NCBI GenBank assembly: GCA_963923735.1
Contig: CAWUMT010000001.1
Location: 1-29,088 of the forward strand
Length of the DNA: 29,088 nucleotides
Reading direction: 5' to 3'
Source: an uncultured Acidimicrobiales bacterium
Lineage (GTDB): Bacteria > Actinomycetota > Acidimicrobiia > Acidimicrobiales > RAAP-2
Shown in pieces: positions 8,791 to 16,926 of the stretch (position 1 is the stretch's first letter; the number at the start of each line of letters is the position of its first letter). Below the pieces are notes generated by a model. The model made no database searches and was not told where the DNA came from. It saw only the letters and a list, made by a program, of their open reading frames with translations. Made by a program: the position numbers and the translations under genes.

Positions 8791-8812
8791 GCTGTCTGGA
8801 GCGCTCAGTCGA

Positions 8813-10045
8813 TCAGGTGACCGAACCGGTGAGCTTGAGCTCGATGATCTTGTCCATGTCGAAGCCCAGCTCGCCGAGGATCTCGTCGGTGTGCTCGGCG
8901 AACTGCGGGGCCCGGGTGAGCTCCGGCGGCTCGTTGTCGAACTGGACCGGGTTGGCCACGAGCTTCTGCTCGTTGCCGTCCACGTCCACGACGGGGCGCA
9001 TGAAGCCGTTGGCCACGACCTGGCGGTCGTGGGCCACCTCGAGGGGGCTCTGGACCGGGGCCCACTGACCCTCGAGGGTGGCGAACTTCTCACGCCAGTT
9101 GTCGAAGGTGTCCTTGGCGATCTCCTCCGCGATGATCGCCGCGGCCGCCTGCGTGGACTCAGGGGTCATGAGCTTCTCGACGGTGGCGAAGCGCTCGTCC
9201 TCGATGAGGTCCTCACGACCGAGGTGCTTGCAGGTGTCGGCCCAGTAGCGACCGGCCTGGAGCATGGTGAAGTTGATCCAGCGACCGTCGGAGGTCTTGA
9301 ACACACCGACCAACGGGTTGAAGGTCGCGGTCTGGTCAGCGAACGATGCCGGGGGCACGTCCTGGCCGAGCACCAGTGCGTTGCCGATCGACAGCGCCAT
9401 TGCCCATGCACCCACCGAGAGCAGCGAGATGTCGAGCTCGGCGGCGTGGCCGTGCTTCTCGCGGCCGTAGAGGGCGGCGGCGATGCCACCGGCGATCGTC
9501 ATGCCACCCATCGAGTCGCCGTAGGCGCCACCGGGCTGAGAGATCAGCTTGGGGCTGTCTGAGGGGGTTGCGCCCCAGGCGGAACCCGAACGGCACCAGA
9601 AGCCGGACATGTCGTAGCCACCGTTGAGGCGCTCAGGGCCCTGGTTTCCGAAGGCTGAGCCACGGGCGTAGATGATGTTGGGGTTGATCGCACGGATGTG
9701 CTCGACGTCGATCTGGAGCTTCTGACGAGCGTCAGGGAGGAAGTTCACGAGGAACACGTCTGCGGTCTTGGCGATCTCGTAGAGGACCTCGCGGGCCTCA
9801 GGCTGGTCGAGGGCCAGGCCGATCGAGCGCTTGCCACGGTTCGGGTGCTCCATGAGGGGCTGGAAGTTGCCCGCAGCTGCACCACCGGTGCCGAGCTTGA
9901 GCCCACGCTGGGCGTCACCGGCCACTGCGTGCTCGACCTTGATCACGTCGGCACCCCAGTCGGCCAGCACGGCGCCGGCGCTCGGGGTGAAGGTGAACTG
10001 GGCGACTTCGAGGACCTTGACCCCCGCCATTGGCTTGAATGCCAT
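8813..10045 (-). CDS. Class III CoA-transferase (CaiB/BaiF family)
   Basis: LADWGADVIKVEH, NRGKRSI, ADVFLVNF, catalytic Asp in GAYGDSMGG and APQFAEHT; start MAFKPM at 10045 with AGGAG upstream. Confidence 0.93.
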   Translation of the reverse strand: MAFKPMAGVKVLEVAQFTFTPSAGAVLADWGADVIKVEHAVAGDAQRGLKLGTGGAAAGNFQPLMEHPNRGKRSIGLALDQPEAREVLYEIAKTADVFLVNFLPDARQKLQIDVEHIRAINPNIIYARGSAFGNQGPERLNGGYDMSGFWCRSGSAWGATPSDSPKLISQPGGAYGDSMGGMTIAGGIAAALYGREKHGHAAELDISLLSVGAWAMALSIGNALVLGQDVPPASFADQTATFNPLVGVFKTSDGRWINFTMLQAGRYWADTCKHLGREDLIEDERFATVEKLMTPESTQAAAAIIAEEIAKDTFDNWREKFATLEGQWAPVQSPLEVAHDRQVVANGFMRPVVDVDGNEQKLVANPVQFDNEPPELTRAPQFAEHTDEILGELGFDMDKIIELKLTGSVT

Positions 10046-10260
10046 CTGCCTCTGCCTTCTTCTCCTGCCCGCCCCCTGCGGACGAGCACGAGGCTGAAAC
10101 CTACCGGGCCTCAGCACGGGTGTCTATCTCCGGGTCCTCAAGGCACCGCGAGCTGTGGGGAAGTGGGCCTCGAACTGTGGGAAGTGCAGTGGACATCTTG
10201 GCGGCATCTGTGGATCTCGCGGAGATGTGGTGGGAAACGCGAGGATTTCGCCATTCTCGG

Positions 10261-10290
10261 TTGACGGACCTGGCGCGCGCACCGCACACT
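10261..10290 (+). promoter_or_regulatory. Putative housekeeping-sigma promoter facing a gene-free region
   Basis: TTGACG (10261-10266), 18-bp spacer, CACACT (10285-10290). Confidence 0.55.
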
Positions 10291-10297
10291 GTCGCCC

Positions 10298-10600
10298 AGA
10301 CCGAGTTCGTCGAACTCGCTCGACGCCAGTCGGACTCCTCCGGGAGGCCGGCTGAGCGGCTCCGACAGGGGGCTCCCGCACGGGAGCTGGAGTCGGGGCG
10401 AGGGGGTGCCCGCAAGGGGGCTCTCGATCGAGCCGAGGCGGAGGAGGTGGGTGGACCACCACCTGGTGCGTTCCTTCGGGGACCACCGGATGCAACGGTC
10501 CGGGGTTGTCCGACACGGCCCCGGAACGGATTCGGTCCCACCCATGGCGATGCCCCGAGAGGCGGGGAGGCTTCGGCCCCCGGTCACTCGGGGCTTCGTC
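10298..10600 (+). ncRNA. Candidate stand-alone structured non-coding RNA, family unassigned
   Basis: Series of GC-rich stems capped by cUCCGg, GCAA and two cUUCGg tetraloops on the + strand; terminal hairpin followed by TTCGTCGCGTT; promoter upstream; no credible ORF. Confidence 0.6.
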
Positions 10601-10626
10601 GCGTTCTGGGGACTGTCGAGTGACGC

Positions 10627-11502
10627 TCAGTCGTGGTGGATGTGCCCGCAGCCGCCTTCGGCCTCGAGCTCCACGGTGGCGTGGTCGATCCCAAATCGCT
10701 CCTCGAGCATCGAGTGCAGCGTGATCAGGAGCGGCCTCGTGGATTCGACGGAGGCGTCTCCGGACACCACGAGGTGCGCCGAGAGGGCCTTGGAGGTGGA
10801 CGACAGCGTCCAGACATGGAGGTCGTGGACGTCGAGGATCTCCTCGACGCCTCGGAGTGCCGCCTCGACCTCGCTCAGGTCGATGTCCGTCGGGACGCCC
10901 TCGATCAGGACGTGGATTGAGGCCCAGGTGATCCGCAGAGCCTCGACGACGATCAGTGCAGCCACGATCAGCGAGGCAATCGGGTCCACGCGCATCGCGA
11001 GCGGACCTGAAGCCACGAGGGCGATGAGGCCGGCGAGCGCCACCACCGCAGCGCTGAGCGTGTCGCCCACCGCGTGGAGCAGCGCACTGCGCACCCCGAG
11101 GTCGTGTCCGTGCTCGTGCAGCAGGCGGACGACGAGCAGGTTGAGCACGACGGAGAACAGCGCGGCGACCAGGACGACGCCACCTTCGATGGGACGAGGA
11201 TGGAGCAGGCGTTCGACGGCCATCCATGCGATCCCCACGGTGACGACCACGAGGACGATGCCATTGGCCAAGGCAGCAAGGGTCGAGGCGCGGCCCCATC
11301 CATAGGTGCGCCGCGCGCTCGGCGGTCGACTGGCAAGCACCGAGGCCGTCAGGGCGAAGACGAGCGCCATCGCATCGGTCAGGTTGTGGCCGGCATCGGC
11401 GACGAGGCCGGTGGAGTGTGCGGCTCGGCCGGCGATCACCAGGCCGATCGAGAGCAGGAGGTTGATCCCGAGTGCGGCACTGAGGCGTGCCGATCGGCTC
11501 AT
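10627..11502 (-). CDS. Cation diffusion facilitator (CzcD/ZitB-like)
   Basis: ADAGHNLTD and LLHAVGD metal sites, TYGWGR, DVHDLHVW and a His-rich tail. Confidence 0.93.
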   Translation of the reverse strand: MSRSARLSAALGINLLLSIGLVIAGRAAHSTGLVADAGHNLTDAMALVFALTASVLASRPPSARRTYGWGRASTLAALANGIVLVVVTVGIAWMAVERLLHPRPIEGGVVLVAALFSVVLNLLVVRLLHEHGHDLGVRSALLHAVGDTLSAAVVALAGLIALVASGPLAMRVDPIASLIVAALIVVEALRITWASIHVLIEGVPTDIDLSEVEAALRGVEEILDVHDLHVWTLSSTSKALSAHLVVSGDASVESTRPLLITLHSMLEERFGIDHATVELEAEGGCGHIHHD

Positions 11503-12365
11503 CGTGCGGTGAACAGCCCGGGCGCCCGTCGCCCCTGGGCCACCAGCTCGATGAGTTCGCTGCGCACCACGTCTAAGTCCCCTGGATGGGTGACGCCAAT
11601 GCAGCGTGACTCGGTCGGAATCACCTCAACCCGGCGCAGGCCATTGGGCGCATCGAGCGAACCGGCCACCACGCGACCGACCACCTCGGGGAGGAGCACC
11701 TCGGCGTCTTCGGAGGCGTCGGTGGCCTGGGCCATGGCCTCGGCGAAGACGGCCCACATCTCAGGGGCGAAGCCCCAGAGGTTCATCGACACGATGGATT
11801 CAGGGTCGAGTTGTGCGGGCTCCATGCCGTCTGCAGACGCGAAGGTCCCATCCGAGGCGGTGACCGAACGCCGCTCGGCGATGCCGCTGAGCAGACCGTC
11901 GGTGACCTCGCAGACCCCTCGAGTCACCGGCTCATCCCCGGCGATGGCATTGCGGAGGCGAAAGCCGACCAGAAGGTTCCTTGGCGAGGCGGTGAGGGCC
12001 GCTGCAGCGAGGGAGAGCGCCTCGACGCCGTAGAGATCATCCGCGTTCACCACGGCGAAGCCCACGGAGGGATCCACCACGTCTCGTGCGGCCAGCACGG
12101 CGTGGACGGTGCCGAGCGGACGTTCCTGAATGGCGAATCCGACGGAGAGATCCTTGGGCCAGAGCTCCTCGACGTGCGCTCGGATCTGAGGCCCTGAGTC
12201 GGGGTTGAGCACCAAGACGATCTGGCCGAAGCCGGCCTGAGCTGCGTCGGAGGCCAGCAGGTCGATTACGGCTTCGTGCTCAGGACCGATAGGGGCGAGC
12301 GGCTTGACTCCGCCGAAACGCCGCGCTCGACCGGCGGCGAGGACGACGAGGGCGGGCCGGCTCAT
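11499..12365 (-). CDS. Nucleotidyltransferase (NTP_transferase / sugar-phosphate type)
   Basis: VVLAAGRARRFGGVK, LGTVHAVLAA, VVNADDLYG and SMNLWGF; ATG overlaps the fabH stop. Confidence 0.85.
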   Translation of the reverse strand: MSRPALVVLAAGRARRFGGVKPLAPIGPEHEAVIDLLASDAAQAGFGQIVLVLNPDSGPQIRAHVEELWPKDLSVGFAIQERPLGTVHAVLAARDVVDPSVGFAVVNADDLYGVEALSLAAAALTASPRNLLVGFRLRNAIAGDEPVTRGVCEVTDGLLSGIAERRSVTASDGTFASADGMEPAQLDPESIVSMNLWGFAPEMWAVFAEAMAQATDASEDAEVLLPEVVGRVVAGSLDAPNGLRRVEVIPTESRCIGVTHPGDLDVVRSELIELVAQGRRAPGLFTAR

Positions 12366-13294
12366 GCGGGCCAGCGGAGCACGCAACTGGCCCAGGTCAT
12401 CCCTGCGCCGAAGCCGGTCAGCAGGAGGAGGTCTCCTGGCTGGACCCGACCATGCTCGAGGGCATCGACGAGTGCGAGGGGGATCGAGGCTGACGAGGTG
12501 TTGGCGTACTTGTCGATCACCATTGCCGCACGCTCCTCAGGGATTCCGAGTCGCTGGCAGACGGCCTGGACGATGCGGATGTTGGCCTGATGGGGGACCA
12601 GCAAAGAGATCTCGTCCGCGCTCACCCCGGCCTCGGAGAGCACCTTGGTGGAGGACTCGACCACGGCTCGCACGGCGTTGCGGAAGACTTCCTTGCCGTC
12701 CATGCGGATGTAGTCGCCGTAGTCGGCATAGAGCAGGTGGGCGAGGCTGCCGTCGCAGCCTGCATCCCAGGAGAGCACGTCGCCGCCCTCTTGGACCGCT
12801 TCGACCAGCAGCGCGCCTGCACCGTCGCCAAAGAGCACTGCGGTATTGCGATCGGTGTAGTCCGTGATGGTGCTCAGGCGCTCGGCCCCGATGACAAGAA
12901 CCCTCTTGGCCCCGGCCATGATCAGACCCTGCGCGGTGACCAGCCCGTACGCGAAACCCGAACAGGCGGCGTTGACGTCCATGGCGCCGCCGTTGATGCC
13001 GAGTTCCACCTGGACGGTGGCGGCGATGCCGGGGCAGGGTCGATCGGGGGTGATGGTGGCGGCGACGACGAAGTCGACGTCGGCCCCGGTGACCCCGGCG
13101 CGCTCGAAGGCCTTGCGGCCTGCCTCGACGGCGAGTCCCGCGGTGGATTCTGCGCCGACACGGCGCTCGCGGATCCCAGTGCGCTCAACGATCCACTCAT
13201 CCGAGGTCTCGACGATCTTCTCGAGATCAGCGTTGGTGAGGACCTTGTCGGGAACCGAGGAGCCCCATCCGATGATCTTGAATCCCGTGTTCAT
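12362..13294 (-). CDS. fabH: Beta-ketoacyl-ACP synthase III
   Basis: Catalytic triad NAACSGF, VPHQAN and YANTSSAS; WIVERTGI, LFGDGAGA and GFGAGMTW. Confidence 0.93.
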   Translation of the reverse strand: MNTGFKIIGWGSSVPDKVLTNADLEKIVETSDEWIVERTGIRERRVGAESTAGLAVEAGRKAFERAGVTGADVDFVVAATITPDRPCPGIAATVQVELGINGGAMDVNAACSGFAYGLVTAQGLIMAGAKRVLVIGAERLSTITDYTDRNTAVLFGDGAGALLVEAVQEGGDVLSWDAGCDGSLAHLLYADYGDYIRMDGKEVFRNAVRAVVESSTKVLSEAGVSADEISLLVPHQANIRIVQAVCQRLGIPEERAAMVIDKYANTSSASIPLALVDALEHGRVQPGDLLLLTGFGAGMTWASCVLRWPA

Positions 13295-13358
13295 CGTGCC
13301 GTCACTTTCACGCACTGAAGCATAGGAGGTGGGCCTTGAAATTCTTGGTTCTCCACGC

Positions 13359-13766
13359 TCACCCTTTGGGGTCGAGCACAGAGACGGTGCACTTGGCGTC
13401 GGCAATCTGACGACCATCCTGATCGGAGAGGTCGATGTGCCACACCTGGATCGAACGACCGACCCGGATAGGGGTGGCAGTGGCCACCAGTGTGCCTTCG
13501 GTCATTGAGCGCAGGTGCGAGGCTGAGATCTCGACTCCGACGACGTTCTTGCCCTCAGCATTGAGCGCCGCACCGAAGGACGCCGCGGACTCTGCGAGCA
13601 GGGCGGACACCCCGCCATGGAGGAGTCCGAAGGGCTGGTGCACGGTGGATCCCACGGGGAGCTCTAGGACCACCTTGTCCTTGGCGGCCTCACGGATGGA
13701 GATGTCGAGGTGTGCGTGGATGCCCGAGGCCTCAACGTGGGCCTTGAACTCGCTGTGGCTCGCCAT
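13359..13766 (-). CDS. Hotdog-fold acyl-CoA thioesterase (PaaI/MenI-like)
   Basis: QPFGLLHGGVSALLAESAAS, GVEISASHLRS and GRSIQVW. Confidence 0.88.
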   Translation of the reverse strand: MASHSEFKAHVEASGIHAHLDISIREAAKDKVVLELPVGSTVHQPFGLLHGGVSALLAESAASFGAALNAEGKNVVGVEISASHLRSMTEGTLVATATPIRVGRSIQVWHIDLSDQDGRQIADAKCTVSVLDPKG

Positions 13767-13886
13767 GTGATGAGCCTAGGTCCGTCACCAACTCGTCACT
13801 GACTCATCACCCAGAGTTTGAGGGGTTTCAGCGCTTCGAAGGCCTCCGGTAGGATTCTGCGAGAACGCCGGAGTCGGGAGCGAGAC

Positions 13887-15149
13887 ATGAGCATCGAGAT
13901 GGTGAACCTCTCCTCCATCGTGCGTCGCCCGCTCGTGGACGACGCCGGTGACCGCATCGGGCGCATCGAGGACCTCGTGGTCCGCCTTGGCGACAGCCCC
14001 CACCCCCCGGTGGTGGGCCTCGTGGTGAGGATCGGCGGCCGGGACCTCTTCGTGCCGGCGCGAAAGATCCCCTCGTTCACTGGATCTCCGGTGCGCTTCC
14101 AAGGCCGCCGCGTGGACCTGCGTCGTTTCGAACGACGCGAGGGTGAGCTCCTGTTGGCCAAGGACCTCTTGGCTCGTCACCTCATCAACCTCGTCGGCGG
14201 TCGGCTCATTCGCGCCAACGACATCGTGCTGGCCCAACTCGCCGATCGCTGCGAGGTGATCGGGATCGACCCAGGCCGCCGTCCCATGCTCCGCTCGCTG
14301 CTTCCCTGGGACAAGGGTGATGGCGTCTCGAGGAGCGGGATCATCGACTTTGAGTCGATTGAGCCGTTTGTCAGTCACGTGCCCACGGCCAAGTTGCGGA
14401 TTCCCTACCGCAAGTTGGCCAAGTTGCATCCCGCCCAGATCGCCGACCTTGTCGAAGCAGCCAGCCATGAAGAGGGCGAGGAGATCATCGACTCGCTCTC
14501 GGGTGACGCAGAGCTCTCAGCCGACGTCTTCGAGGAGCTCGACCTCGAGCACCAGGTCGAGTTCATCGACGCGAAGAGCGACCTCGAGATCGCCCGACTC
14601 CTCGACCGCATGGCTCCTGACGATGCCGCCGACCTCATCGCTGAGATCGATCAGGATCGCCGCCTCGACATCTTGGGCCTCTTGCCCGCTGACTCGCAGG
14701 CCAAGGTCCGCAACCTGCTGTCCTATAACGCAGACACCGCGGGCGGGATCATGTCGCCCGACTACGTGGCGGTGGCCATGGCCGCCACGGTGCGCGACGC
14801 CCTTGAGGCAGTGCGGACCTCCAAGGCCCCCGCTGAGGCCCTCAACGTCGTCTACGTCCTCGAGCCGGACGGGACGCTGACAGGCTCCGCTCCACTGGCC
14901 ACCCTGGTGCGCTCAGCCGAGCATCTGTCGATCCAGGACGTGGCCCGCTCGGAACCCACGCTGGTGCGGCCGAGCTGGGACCTGCACACCACGGCGCGTC
15001 AGATGTCGGACTTCAACCTCACGGTTGCTCCCGTAGTGGACAAGGCCACCGGCCAGATTCTCGGCGTGGTGACCATCGATGACCTGATCGAGCTCCTCCT
15101 GCCCCAAGGGTGGCGCAAGGAATTCGGCATGGCGGCGGTGGAGGAATAG
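13887..15149 (+). CDS. Stand-alone MgtE cytoplasmic-domain protein (PRC-barrels, MgtE N-domain, CBS pair; no TM domain)
   Basis: GRIEDLVV PRC-like start, LAKLHPAQIADLVE, MAPDDAADL, TAGGIMSPDY and GVVTIDDL; no transmembrane segment. Confidence 0.85.
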   Translation: MSIEMVNLSSIVRRPLVDDAGDRIGRIEDLVVRLGDSPHPPVVGLVVRIGGRDLFVPARKIPSFTGSPVRFQGRRVDLRRFERREGELLLAKDLLARHLINLVGGRLIRANDIVLAQLADRCEVIGIDPGRRPMLRSLLPWDKGDGVSRSGIIDFESIEPFVSHVPTAKLRIPYRKLAKLHPAQIADLVEAASHEEGEEIIDSLSGDAELSADVFEELDLEHQVEFIDAKSDLEIARLLDRMAPDDAADLIAEIDQDRRLDILGLLPADSQAKVRNLLSYNADTAGGIMSPDYVAVAMAATVRDALEAVRTSKAPAEALNVVYVLEPDGTLTGSAPLATLVRSAEHLSIQDVARSEPTLVRPSWDLHTTARQMSDFNLTVAPVVDKATGQILGVVTIDDLIELLLPQGWRKEFGMAAVEE

Positions 15150-15351
15150 TCCTATGGCCGCGCACCTGTTGGACGAGTTGAGGGGGATCCGCTGAAACCC
15201 CCAAGTACCACCCGCCGAGGGGACTCCCTCGGCGCGGCGTCCTACGCGATGAGCCTGGAGGGCCAGCTTCGTAGCTGACCTCTCGAGGAGTGGCTTCTTC
15301 GTGTGGCGCCGATCCGCACACGTAGACGTCACGCCCGAGAGGAGGTGAGCA
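15150..15351 (+). promoter_or_regulatory. Structured leader, candidate translational switch
   Basis: Stems GGACG/CGTCC, GGGGG/CCCCC and CGCCGAGGG/CCCTCGGCG; CCTCTCG (15279-15285) can pair with CGAGAGG (15336-15342), which overlaps the SD. Confidence 0.45.
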
Positions 15352-16926
15352 ATGCACGCAGCCGACGATCAGTCGATCACCGGTGCCTTCGGCACCATTC
15401 AGCATGGAGACACAACCAGCCGTACCGGCGTGCGCGCCCGTCTGCTCACCCTGCTCGCCATCTTGGGTCCCGGGATCATCGTCATGGTGGGGGACAACGA
15501 CGCCGGCGGGGTGTCGACCTATGCCCAGGCCGGCCAGAACTTCGGGCTCTCCCTCCTGTGGGTGCTGCCCCTGCTGATTCCGGTGCTCGTGGTGAACCAG
15601 GAGATGGTGGTCCGTCTGGGTTCAGTGACCGGTGTCGGGCACGCTCGCCTCATCCGCGAGCGCTACGGCAAGTTCTGGGGCACCGTATCGGTCTCGAACC
15701 TGCTGGTCCTGAACTTCGCCACCATTGCCACCGAGTTCATTGGTGTGAACCTCGCTCTGTCGTATTTCCACGTCAGTGAGTACGTCTCAGTGCCCCTCGC
15801 TGGCCTCGGCCTGATCGTCATGACGACCTCGGGGAGCTTCCGACGCTGGGAGCGATTCATGTTCGTCTTCATCTTCGCCAACTTCTTGGTCATCCCTCTG
15901 GCGATCATGCGACACCCTTCGCTCGGTGACGTCGCCCACCACATGGTGGTTCCCGGAATTCAGGGAGGAGTGACTTCCGATGCGGTCCTGCTGATCATCG
16001 CCATCGTGGGAACGACGGTGGCCCCCTGGCAGCTGTTCTTCCAGCAGTCCAACATCGTGGACAAGAAGATCACGCCGAGGTGGATCAACTACGAGCGGGC
16101 CGACACCATGATCGGCTCGGTCATCACCGTCTTCGCTGCCACGCTCATCATCTGCGTCGTCGCAGCTTCTTTCGCGGGAACGAAGCTCTCGGGCCACTAC
16201 ACCGATGCCTACGGGGTGGCCCAGGGCCTCCACCACCTCGTCGGGCCGTGGGCCGGAGCCTTCTTTGCCATCATCCTGCTCAACGCATCGCTCATCGGTG
16301 CGGCCTCGGTCACGTTGGCCACCACCTACGCGATGGCAGACGTGAACCGTTCGACCCTGTCGCTCGATCGTGGCTGGCGCGAAGCGAAGGGCTTCTATGG
16401 CGCCTTCATCGCCCTCGTGGTCCTGGCCGCTGGACTGGTCCTGCTCCCCGGGGCGCCGCTCGGGCTCATCACCACCACGGTTCAAGCCCTTGCTGGACTC
16501 CTCCTGCCGATGTCGACGACGTTCCTGCTCCTGCTCTGCAACGACCCCGAGGTGCTCGGGCCATGGGTGAACCGACCCTGGCTCAACGTTCTGGCCACCG
16601 TCATCGTGAGCGTGCTCATCGTGCTGTCGTTCATCTTGATGGCCACCACGGCATTCCCTTCGATGAACGTGGTGGTGCTCTCGAGCGTCATGGCTGCACT
16701 GCTCGGCGCGGTCCTGCTCATCGCCGGGGGAATCTGGCTCCTGCGCCGGAGCCCTGCGTCAGCCAAGGTGGCCTTCGAAGAGCGAGCCTCATGGCGCATG
16801 CCGCGGGCCAACCTGCTGGACCGCCCCATCCTTGACGGTCCCCGACGCCTCGCCCTCATCGGGCTCGCCGGGTACCTCGTCCTCTCGGTGGCGATGCTGC
16901 TGGTCAAGGCCATTCAGCTCGGATGA
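15352..16926 (+). CDS. Nramp-related divalent metal (probably Mg2+) transporter
   Basis: LGPGIIVMVGDNDAGG (no DPGN), QEMVVRLG, GTTVAPWQLFFQQS and about 12 TM segments; SD GGAGG. Confidence 0.88.
   Translation: MHAADDQSITGAFGTIQHGDTTSRTGVRARLLTLLAILGPGIIVMVGDNDAGGVSTYAQAGQNFGLSLLWVLPLLIPVLVVNQEMVVRLGSVTGVGHARLIRERYGKFWGTVSVSNLLVLNFATIATEFIGVNLALSYFHVSEYVSVPLAGLGLIVMTTSGSFRRWERFMFVFIFANFLVIPLAIMRHPSLGDVAHHMVVPGIQGGVTSDAVLLIIAIVGTTVAPWQLFFQQSNIVDKKITPRWINYERADTMIGSVITVFAATLIICVVAASFAGTKLSGHYTDAYGVAQGLHHLVGPWAGAFFAIILLNASLIGAASVTLATTYAMADVNRSTLSLDRGWREAKGFYGAFIALVVLAAGLVLLPGAPLGLITTTVQALAGLLLPMSTTFLLLLCNDPEVLGPWVNRPWLNVLATVIVSVLIVLSFILMATTAFPSMNVVVLSSVMAALLGAVLLIAGGIWLLRRSPASAKVAFEERASWRMPRANLLDRPILDGPRRLALIGLAGYLVLSVAMLLVKAIQLG

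Noticed and set aside
10298-10600. Identification as RNase P RNA, tmRNA, SRP RNA, c-di-AMP riboswitch or group II intron
   Set aside because: Missing GAGGAAAGTCC (rnpB), tRNA-like ends (tmRNA), the CAGG...GGAAGGAAGCAG domain (SRP), GGGGTGAA/CCCGAACCCG (ydaO) and the domain V consensus.
10039-10623. 194-aa + strand ORF covering the intergenic gap
   Set aside because: Arg/Gly/Pro-rich with no motif or SD, starts head-to-head within the CoA-transferase start, and contains an internal promoter. The tetraloop-capped stems are better explained as RNA.
15150-15351. Canonical M-box (ykoK) or yybP-ykoY riboswitch
   Set aside because: Core consensus strings are absent on both strands; only short fragments (GAGGAGTGGC; GACGCC/AACAG on the minus strand) resemble them. 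Kept as an unassigned leader instead.
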